Below, piece after piece: positions 49,301 through 60,000 of a DNA stretch of 64,000 nt. Numbering within the stretch: the first letter of the stretch is position 1; each line of letters opens with the position of its first letter. The notes under the pieces are model-generated. The model was not told the DNA's origin, searched no databases, and was given only the letters and a program-made list of their open reading frames with translations. A program made the translations under genes and the position numbers. Source of the stretch: Geosiphon pyriformis uo1 (Eukaryota; Fungi; Glomeromycota); the NCBI GenBank assembly GCA_016748015.1, contig JAAOMT010000074.1:188984-252983 (forward strand). The letters run 5' to 3'.

Positions 49301-52300
49301 CCTAAGAAACCACCATTAATGCTTGGACTGAAGATAACCAAAGTGAGATACCACCAATTTTAGACTGGAAAAAAAGGAATAAAGGAAAAGGAAAGGAAAG
49401 GGAAGAAGATGCACAAGAAAAAACCACCCCTGCAAAAGAAATAACTAGTGGCTGAAAAAAAAAATTCATATGAACCAATAAAAGAGCTGCCATATATACC
49501 TCTTAAATACAAGAACTGTGGAAAGAAACTGTCCTTAATGGGAGCTTGAATAGTGCCAGACAAAGACTACTGGATACGAACCCATTACTATTGCAAGCCT
49601 TGCCATAGAGAACAATATGAATATCCAAAGTGTTAAGATAAGTAGGACAATGAACCATGTCTCACTTGTGGAGAGCAACTGCTCGATAAAGGAATGTGAA
49701 ATGACATTCCTGATTGAGGAGGAATGTGTGACACCTCATGCCAATACATGATCCTCATTAGTGACTGGGTAAGTCATGGAACACTAATCATGGCAGCTTG
49801 GCACCAAGCAATCTCTCATTAAGAAGGGTATTCACATAACGAGAACAAAATTTGGTGAATGGCCAACACCAAAGTAGAAGGCATTTTGTCCAATGAAATT
49901 CTAAAGATCAAAAATAACCCTCCAGAACCAACAGACATTGTTTTGGTTCTTAACCTGGACATTTTTACCAACTTAGAAAACAGCCCAGAAGAATTCCATG
50001 AACACTATCAAAATCTAGCACCCATAAGAAAAAAACAAGAGCAATGCTTGGAAGAAATCAACATCCAATTATGTGACCACTATTTGATTCTATATGACTT
50101 TCAATTTTGTGATAATTGTGACCTTATTTACAATCCACCACCATACATAATCTACACAATCCCAGAAGAAATTGAACCAATTAGCAGCTGTGCTTCGGAA
50201 TCAGAATCAATTTTCAATCCCAATTCAAACTTTAATAACAACGACAACAAAAACACCAGTTCTAGCTCTGTCCAAAATGGCAATAACAATGACTACAATT
50301 CCAACTCAGATTCAAACTCTGACTCAAAATATGAACAATATATCATGCTTTTTGACCTCACCAAGGAACAAGAACTTAAATGATTCAGTGATAATAATGA
50401 AGGTATCATGCCAGAACATGCACATGATACTGATGCTGGGTTTGATCTAAGGTATCCAGGGAAAGATGCCATTAAATTGGAGCCATATTTGCACACCTGC
50501 ATCAATCTGAAAATAGCATTGGAAATACTAGCAACAACTATGGTTCAACTAGTTTCTAGAAATAGTTTAGCAAAAAGAGGGATTACTATAAGAGGAGGAA
50601 TCATTGACACCAGATATATAGGAAATATCATGGCAATGCTACAAAATAACTCAGAAAAAGCCTATATCATAGAGCCAAATGAAAAAATAGCACAGGCAAT
50701 ATTTCTGTCTCTAGTTAGAATAGCTCAATTAGTGTTAGTAGAAAATAAGGAAGAATTAGGGATAACAGCAAGAGGGATACAGGGATTTGGATCAATGGGT
50801 AGAATAGATGTACCAGTCAATATGGTGGAGGAAGAAATTATTGACTAAGGAGAAATTATCTCAGCTGGTCAAACAATTTCCATTCCACCATATAGCCAAT
50901 ACATGTTAACAATAGAAAGAAGAGAAAAGGAGCAAGAACAGATTTTTGAAGCAGAAGCAAACCTTTGTGAATCAGGAGAAATTGGACTTATCAATCTACA
51001 CATACCAGCCAAGAGCCATAACTATATCAAAATTTTCATCTACAACAATACTGGAAATGTTGTAGAGATATCAGAAGAAACCACTCTTGGATATTTAATC
51101 ACAGAAATTGAAGATTAAGCACCAAGCAGCATTCCAGATTTTCTACAGCTTTGTGGATATGTGGATATTACATCACAAACCATCTACAGATAAAACAAAT
51201 GTTATCTGTTACAGCCAGAACAATTGGAACAGATAAACATGAGAAATCTAGACCCATTTCAACAGATACAATTAAAGATGTTACTCAATAATTTTAATGA
51301 CATCTTTGTCAGTGAAAACAAATTTGACAGAACTGATATTATCCAGCATCAGATCAAGACTGGAGATACAATGCCAATCAAACAGTGAGCATACAGAGTA
51401 TTATCAGCCAATCATGAGACCATCTGTCAAGAGATCAATTGAATGCCTGACAATAGATTAATTCAGCCATTAATAAGCTTATGGTTGTCACTTGTTCATA
51501 AGAAGAATAAAAAAATCCAATTTTGTGTAGATTACAGAAAACTCAATGGTGTAACTCGTGAAGACAGCTATCCAACTTCACAGATACAAGAACTATTCGA
51601 TGCTTTTGGCAGAAACAAATGGTTCTCAATATTAGAATTAGATAGTGGTTACTGGCAAGTAGCCAAGATCTAGCCAACAAAAAAAAAATGATGTTCACCA
51701 CAAGAAAGGGAAATTTTGAGTTTGAAGTTATGTCATTCGGCTTAATCAACGCTTCAGCTATATTTCAATGACTAATGGAAATTGTGTACACTGGCTTATT
51801 GTAGAAATCAGTAGTTGTATACTTGAATAACACCAATGTGTTCTCAAAAACATTTGATGATTATCTACATCATTTCCAACAAGTGTTCAAAAAATTACGA
51901 CAAGCAAAATTAAAATTGAATACAACAAAGTGTTTTTTCGGCAAAAAAGAACTAAAATTTTTGAGACACATAGTTAGTAAAAATGACATAAAAACAGATC
52001 CAGAGAAAATAGAGATAGTAGAAAACTTTCTAATACCAACCAACATAACTGAGCTGAAAACATTCAGTTGCATATGCCAGCTGAGGTTTGACTTTAGCCA
52101 AAAAGAACTATGGAACACCAGAATTAGAATATTTAGCAATCTATTGGGCAGTTATGAAATGGAAAAAATACTTGAGCCAAAAGTTTAAGATGTACACAGA
52201 TCACAAAGAATTGACATTACTCCAAAAACAAAAATTCAGAGACAGAAGACAGTCAAGATGAAAAATGGCTCTTTTGCTATATACTTATACCATACATTAT

Positions 52301-52357
52301 AAAAAGGGAAAAGACAACAGAAATGCCAATGGTTTGTCACAAATGAAACAAATCTAA
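46332..52357 (+). pseudogene. Element D gag-PR-dUTPase-RT-RNase H polyprotein, disrupted, with an internal deletion at about 52070
   Basis: Same domain series as A. dUTPase at 50408-50810 with DAGFDL, GIIDTRYIG, KIAQAI and RGIQGFGS. Confidence 0.9.
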
Positions 52358-52418
52358 GAACATTTCAACCCAAAAATATAACAAAACCAAAACAATGTTT
52401 ATGTAAATATAATAAAAA

Positions 52419-53801
52419 ATGAATACACAAAAATATCAACAACTTCAATATTATATAGATATTCAACAGTTCAAGGAGAAATTATCTCAACCAGAACAAA
52501 AGAGGATCAAACAACAATCCAAATATTTTATCACTCACCAAAATATACTTTATTGAAAAAATAGAAAAGATTCAGATCAACCAACCAGAGTAATTACAGA
52601 ACCAGAAAAAGAGACAATACTGTTCAACATGTATTCAGATCCAACTGTAGGACATTTTCATAAAGAAGCAACCATGGAAAGAACCAGAAAGAGATACTAT
52701 TGGCCATCAATGTATCCAGACATCATTCAATATGTGCAAAATTGTGATGCTTGTCAAAGAAGAGAAGGAACAAGACCCAGCAAACCATTAAGACCAATCA
52801 AAGTAGAACAACTATTTGACCACATTGAAATCAATTTAGTTGGACCATTAACAATTACCAGCAGAGGCAACAGATATATTGCAGTAGCCATGGACTATTT
52901 TACTAAATGGCCAGAAGCAAAAGCAATTCAAAAAGTGGATACAGAATCCATTGCCGAATTTGTCCATCAAGATCTAATTTGTCAACATAGATGTCCAAAA
53001 GAATTATTATCAAACCAAGAAACCTATTTTGTGAATAAAACATTAGCAGAACTAAGCCAAAGATTCGGAATTAAGAGACCACTATTATTACTATACCATT
53101 CACAAACCAATGGATTAGTTAAAAGATTTAATAGAACATTGTGTGAAGCAATAGTGAAACTCAGCCAAAAAAACCAAGACAAATGGGATTTGTTCATACT
53201 ATCAGTATTATTTGCTTATCAGACAATGAAGCAAGACACCACACAAGCAACACCATTTGAATTGATATACAGTAGAACAGCAACATTACCAGTTGAGATA
53301 AAGGTTAATACATATCCAACTGAACCAATAACAGAAGAAAATTTCCAAGAAACATTGTTAAGAAGAACATATGACTTAATGGAAACATTGGAAAACAAAC
53401 AAAGAAGAGCAGCTGATAACATACAAAAGTCACAAGAAAAACAGAAAAAAAGACATGATAATCAACTATCAGACAAACCAGTTAAATTCAAGATTGGAGA
53501 CAAAGTACTTTTACATCATACCAAAGTGGAAAAACAATGGAGTAGAAAATTTGACCCCAAATGAAATGGACTATTTCACATAGAAGAAATTCTTGGAAAT
53601 GAAGCTTACAAATTAAGACTGGATAACAAAATTTTAACCAAAGCAGCACATGGAAATCAACTGAAACCATACCACAACATTATACTACCATCCACCAGTA
53701 ATATTCCACAATTAGGAATACAGAAGATACTAGTTCAACCAGATGAGATTTCACAAGATCTGGAACCAATCATTATTATTGACAATAACATGTTAAATTA
53801 A
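52419..53801 (+). pseudogene. Element D integrase ORF (own ATG, different frame from RNase H; DDE mutated)
   Basis: ATG at 52419 is in frame with the 311-aa open core 52629-53564. Confidence 0.9.
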
Positions 53802-53825
53802 TCCAGCAAAAGAATATATAAAGAC

Positions 53826-54485
53826 ATGGTAGACACAACAGGAAATATCAAAAAAATAGAAATTACAAACAACATCCATTCACTAGTACAACAACTCTTT
53901 CAATTGATTCAACACCAAGAGATGGAAATTACAATTAATCAACAAACCATCCAATATCAAAACACTAAAAAGACAGCACAACACAGAACACAGAAGAAAA
54001 CGGAAAATACCATCAACAAAATCATTGTAAAAGTAAAATTGGTAATAAAAGAGTTGACAAAAGAGTCACTATACCAAGAGTTGATTAAAGAAACTTGGAA
54101 TTGGTGGATACAACAATTTCCAAGAAACTATTGTTATTTTTACTTGGGACAACACATGAATATTCAGAATCTATATATGAATAAAACAAAGCAATTATTT
54201 GACACAAGAATACTACAACAATTAGAACATTTTGTGGAGAAGAACAACTTGTCTACACAGATCCGAGCCATATACCGAATACATACAGCATTCTAGAATC
54301 GACCAGAAATCTTACTCAACAAAGCAATGAATATGATTACTAGTAATCAATTGGAAAAGATCACCAATGCTCAATTTGAAGAATTACAGACTCAAATAAC
54401 ACAAGTAATTTTTGAAAACAAAATTCAGGAAATACTTCAAAAGGGAGAATTAACAGAGTTAGATTTCGATGGAGCTCAATATTAA
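53826..54485 (+). pseudogene. Element D ORF3, unknown 219-aa protein with one internal stop
   Basis: 156 aa open, then TAG (CAG in copy A), then 62 more codons to ..LDFDGAQY*. Confidence 0.8.
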
Positions 54486-54498
54486 AAGGAGGAAATAA

Positions 54499-55339
54499 TG
54501 TTACTCATAGAAATATAGAAAAGATATATTAGCATAGTTATTAGCCAATCAGAAGTAGACATAGTAAATGTGAAATTCCAGGATTCCTCTCAGGAATTGC
54601 AGAATTCCAGGAATTGCAGGATTCTCACGAGAAATTGCAGTATTCCAGAATTCCAGAATTCCTGTCATGAAGAATTAAGGAATTGAGGAATCTCAATTAT
54701 GTATATATAGAAGTAGTGTTAGAAATTGAAAAGACAGACCTTCCAGTTTAGATTTAATCTAAGCAACCTTCCAAAATCACAATTATCAATAAATAACTAT
54801 TTGTTATCACAATCCATTCTCTACTATCAACATTTCATGTTGATAGACATTGATACTTAACCACACTGGAACAATAGTTCTTGATCACAACTATTGACAG
54901 GATACTAATTTGCATATTGTCTTGGCTATTTCTTTATTTCTTTTATTTTTTTTTTCTTTCTTTATTTTTTTTTTCTTTGATTTTATTGTTGTATACTAAT
55001 TGATTAAGAATTAAAGCACTGAGTTATTAATGTCACAGATAGCCTGGTAAAAGACCCAGAAATAAGAGTAATAATATATATATTAACAGATAGCTTACCA
55101 GAAGGACATGACTGCCAGAATAAATCTGGTCACCAAGCTGAGAAAGAAATTGGGAAACAACTGAAACAAAATTGTGAATACCAACACTACTGAATCTCTG
55201 TTCATTATACAAAAGACTCATTTGGAAAACCTTCAAAACACTAAAACCTTCAGATCATTATCATTAATGCGAATAGCTTTCAAGCACCAAGTTACAGGTT
55301 TGTTATTTGACTTGAAACCCCAAATAATCACCTGTAACA
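54499..55339 (+). repeat. 3' LTR of element D
   Basis: Direct repeat of 45430-46270. Confidence 0.96.
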
Positions 55340-56103
55340 GCATGAACTATCTTCATTGAAGTTCTTACTCAAGACAATGAAAGAAGATACATTCACTGTC
55401 TTTGCAATCAAAGAGTTGATTTCGCCAGCTTGAGAGAGACAAACTGCCAGAAAAGCACCAGCATAGAGCCCCAAAATCAAAACAGAAAGATTATTTTTGA
55501 AAAGCAACTTAACAGATAGCAACTAATCAGACACCTCAAAAACTTTGCACACATAACAAACCAAAAAAATGTACATAATAATAGCAACACCAAAACCCAA
55601 GTAGTCAGAGTTCAAACCAAAAGTAAAAACACAGACATTATTGAACTTATTAGCAATCCACAGATAGATTTTATCTTTCAACTTAGTTTCAGTAATAATC
55701 GAAATTAAATTGCCCATATTCTTATGCCAACAAACAATATCTTTTTGTTTCACAAGATTGTTTATATCCTGAGCATTGCATGTAGCAATTTTCCAAACCA
55801 AACTGATCATTGAGATGAAGAAAGAACTGACAAATCCAAACTAGAACACAAACAATCTAATCTTTCTAAAACTGAATTAATTGATGTCTCTAAAGCCACT
55901 ATTTTTGATTTCAATCTATTTACTTTGATGGTTAGAACCTTAGAACTATTAAAACTAAAATTGACAACCAAATCTAAACCTACAGAGGAAGAGGGAATAG
56001 ACAATACCAACACATTATCTAAAACCATATCCAAATCTAGAATAGGAGCTAAGAAAACAGGAACAACCAAAGAAAGCATGAAAAAAGATATAGTCAAAAA
56101 CAC

Positions 56104-56982
56104 TGTTACCAGTAGAATTTTAGCTATTAATTAGCAGGAAAATTACCCTTATAATTCCTATAATTAATTAGTATATTAATATTATTTCAAATTATCATTT
56201 ATTATTTAATCAATTATTACATATCACAATTCAATTAAATAATCCAATTAGTATAACAGAAAGTAGGATAATCAAATTACACAATACTCTGAACTTTGTA
56301 ACATTCTAAAATTCGCCAAAATTTGAGCAAAGAGAAAAAGTGCAAGTTCATAGACTAGTACTACAACAATTTGTATAAAAAGAAGAGTTTTTCTCTTTAA
56401 GAAAATGTATCTTACCATAGTAACTTACTTTAAATATCTTAATTGGAACAAATCATCTTTTTACAAAATCAAATAAAAATTAAAATATTTGAAAACCAAA
56501 TCCTTAAAATTATTATACTTGAAATTCTCTCAACACAACTAACATTTTGAAATTGATTAGCTATCAATTTCAGTAATTTGTTAGTAACTCCAGGCCTGAA
56601 TAGAAAACATTTCCCTTGAAAGAATTCTATTTCTTTTACATTTTTTTTATTTTCTTTCTTCTTTTTATTACAATCATTAGGGTAGTTTACAGACAAGATT
56701 CCTGTAGAAGAGTTGACTTTCACAGCAAAGTAACTACACATTTTAGTGAGCTTTCAGATGAGCAATTCCTGGAAAAGAGTTGACATTTGCTACAACATAA
56801 CTACATAAAGTAATTGGTAAGGAATTAGTCATTCCACTTATAAGTCCAGCAGTTCAAATTATAGGAGATAATTTGAAGATAAATTCAGTTATTGGAGGTT
56901 CAACTACTTCTGGAAAACGTGAATTTGCAACCAACAGACATTTACAGCATTCAAGAAAAGAGACCAAAAATCTCTGGTAACA
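56104..56982 (+). repeat. 5' LTR of the family B element
   Basis: 9-bp terminal inverted repeats; matches the solo LTR at 13893-14893. Confidence 0.94.
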
Positions 56983-57027
56983 TTTGGTGCTCTTCCATGG
57001 AAATAACACAGCAACAACAAATTCAAA

Positions 57028-60000
57028 GTGGCAACCACACCAGACACAACAACTCTAAAGTATTACCAGTCAATTTACACCCACTGCAAGCAAAGATTCA
57101 ACATTCCAGACAGAATTGAAGTTGTCAAGAAATCAGTATACCAATACATTGAAAACTGTATCAACAATTATTTTTTTGGAAACTACAACATTTCAGAAGT
57201 CAGAAGCAACCTCTACAATAATTTAGTGCACTATTCACGATTGGGAACAGAAGACCTGAACAGCGAAACACTTGCTATTTACTTCCAAGAACTTAATTTT
57301 AACATTATTGAGTATTGTGAAGAAAAATACCCAGTACAGTCTCAATACTCTATTGACTTTGAATCAAAGACAAAAACAAGCAACAAAGACAAACAAAGAT
57401 TGAAGCAATACTTAAGAACCACTTTAAACACTCCAACACTACAAAAGACAACTGCCAAACACTTGCAAACATCTGAAAAAAGAACCAGTGTCAAATTACC
57501 ACTTTCTATTACACTATTTCTAATTTCACTTGTTCAACCACAAACACCAAATTCATCACTCAACCACTTCTCCAGACCTGAAGATTTTCAGTCACCTAGA
57601 AATCCTATTCAACAGCAGGAACCAATATCAACAAGTGCCAATATCATTAATTACTTACAGAAAAACGAAAGTAATCATTCAGAAAGCTTGAAAAGTGAAA
57701 AAACTGAATCAGAACCAGAAGAAATTACAGAAAACAAAAAAGAAATGGCAACTGCTTATATTGCAAAAATCCCAAAATTCACTGGTGAAGACAATAATAC
57801 CAGTCCTCAAGAATGACTTGACAAAGTTCAAAAAGCAGGAGATGCAAATGGTTGGATTGCAGCAAGAATGCTTAAAGCAATTCCCTACTTTCTTCAAGGA
57901 ACAGCAGGAAAATGGTTTGAAAATTTTGAAAAACTATTTAAAAACTGGCAAGCATTCAAAGATGCTTTTCTACAACAATTCACCAACAACAATACCTCTA
58001 TCACTCTCAGAAACTGCTTTCACAATATCAAACAAGAAACATCTGAAACTGTTATGACCTATCTTGGAAGATTTAACAAACTTCTCAAACAAATCTGACA
58101 ATTGAAAACCAATGACTACTATTCTGATGCTCAGATTTTGGATCAGTTTATAGCAGAATTAAAAGACAAACTGATTAAGAAAGTCTGCCCACATGCTCCA
58201 ACAGACTTAGCAACTGCTATTAGACATGCAAAAAACTATGAAATGGCAATGGAAGAAGCAAATCACACCAAGCTTGTAAATCTTGCAATTAGAGAAACCA
58301 GCTCAGCAGCTGAAAAAAAAATAGACCAATTCACAAAGAAAGTTGAAAGCTATTTTACAAATCAACAACAACAGCAGCAACAACCACAAAGATATTAACC
58401 ACCACAATAACACAACCAAAACAATTTTGGATCACTCTCCAACAACCAACCTCAAAATTGTCATTATTGTGGAATTCCAGGACACTGAAAACAAGATTGC
58501 AGAAAATTGCAAAGAGACCAACAAAACAGAAGTAATCAACATTATTTTTCACCACAACAATCTTACTACCAACCTTCACCACCAACTTATTATTTACCAA
58601 GACCACAAAATCAAAACAGTTACTATCAACCAGCTCCACAACCAATGCAGCAACAATATCAGCAACTTTTATTAATTCAACCATATCAGACACCACCCAC
58701 TCAACAATATTAAGTACTAGCAAGAAGATTGGTTCAACATAACCAATTTACACCCCAAAATCAATTTCAGAATAACAACAACAGAATCAATCCCAATAAC
58801 CAGTTGGTTTCCCGAAATTCTGGTCAGCAAAGACCCAACCACTACCATACTTAACTCAGTTATCTTACAATGTCTTAAGAATCGAATTTTCAACAACCTG
58901 CACTTTCTGAAGGTGAAGTTGCCATACCAAAATCAAACCCTTCCAACCACACCATTCCACCAGCTTAAATTGCCCAAAATGCCAATCTGTTAGATATATT
59001 TCCATTTGAATTTGAAGCAAATGAATCACCATTTCTGCTTAGTAATGCAGCAGTCAATAAACAGAAAGCAATTACTGCTATGTATACAGAAACTACAGTG
59101 GAAGGAAAACCCATTTGCTTAATCTTAGATAGTGGATCAGCTAGAAGTATCATCACTTACCAGCTGATGCAACAACTTAAACGAAATATAGACAGGCCAG
59201 CTCAAACAGTTATTGTCACAGCTGATGGTATAAAGAAGACTCTAGTAAGAAAAATTGATGATTTCCCCTTTACAATTGATGGAATCACCATTCCAGTTAA
59301 AGTTTTTGTTATGAATACACCCCAATACTAAGCTCTAGTCAGAAATAATTGGCTTCTCAAGGCTAATGCAAACCTGAACTGGAAAATTCAAGAACTTAAA
59401 ATCTCATATCAAGGACAATATACCATAATATCTGCAACCTGTGGTACCTTTAACAAACAATCAGAAAAAGCTCTAGTATTTGAATTTAAAGAAGAGAAAG
59501 AAATACCACTCACTGAAACTTACATGGTTTTTGAATTACTATCCAATTGGGCTGAGAAAACAAAACAAGAGATTTTTGAAGAATTAAGAGAATGGAAGAA
59601 AGTTAGATATTCCATACCAGAACCACAAAAAGAACCACCTTATATTCCACTCAAATGCAAAGATTGCAACAAAAAACTTTCATCAATGGGAGCATGTATT
59701 TCTCCAGAAGAGGAATATGAAACTTGTACCTATTACTTTTGCAAAGCATGCCATAGAGAACAATTTGGATCTCCAAAAAGAAGTAAAAAATGGGACAACA
59801 CACCTTGCCTTACATGTGGAGATATGCTACCAGAAGAATGCAACTAGATTGATATTGCAATGAGAGAAGGAGTATGTGATCAGACCTGTCAATATGCTCT
59901 ATCAATTTCGGAAAAAGTCAGAAGAGAAACACTATTTGATGCAGCATACAACAGTGTTCTCAATAAACTTTACCACTATTCTCATAATGCTGAAATAATT

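Larger units (their letters stand above)
45430..55339 (+). mobile_element. Ty3/Gypsy family A, copy D (dUTPase-bearing)
   Basis: LTRs 45430-46270 and 54499-55339; TSD GCAT at 45426-45429 and 55340-55343; PBS and PPT. Confidence 0.97.
31277..56103 (-). mobile_element. LINE copy 3, more decayed, interrupted by Gypsy C, D and B; its 5' part lies beyond the window
   Basis: T-run 31277-31287 and shared 3' UTR. Segments 31277-33632, 43459-45429 and 55340-56103 join collinearly across the TSDs: CCHC and RNase H, then RT, then APE, then the ORF1 end. Confidence 0.9.

Noticed and set aside
53826-54485. Calling ORF3 an envelope gene, or the elements endogenous retroviruses
   Set aside because: No signal peptide, furin site or transmembrane helix is visible, and it is short for an Env.
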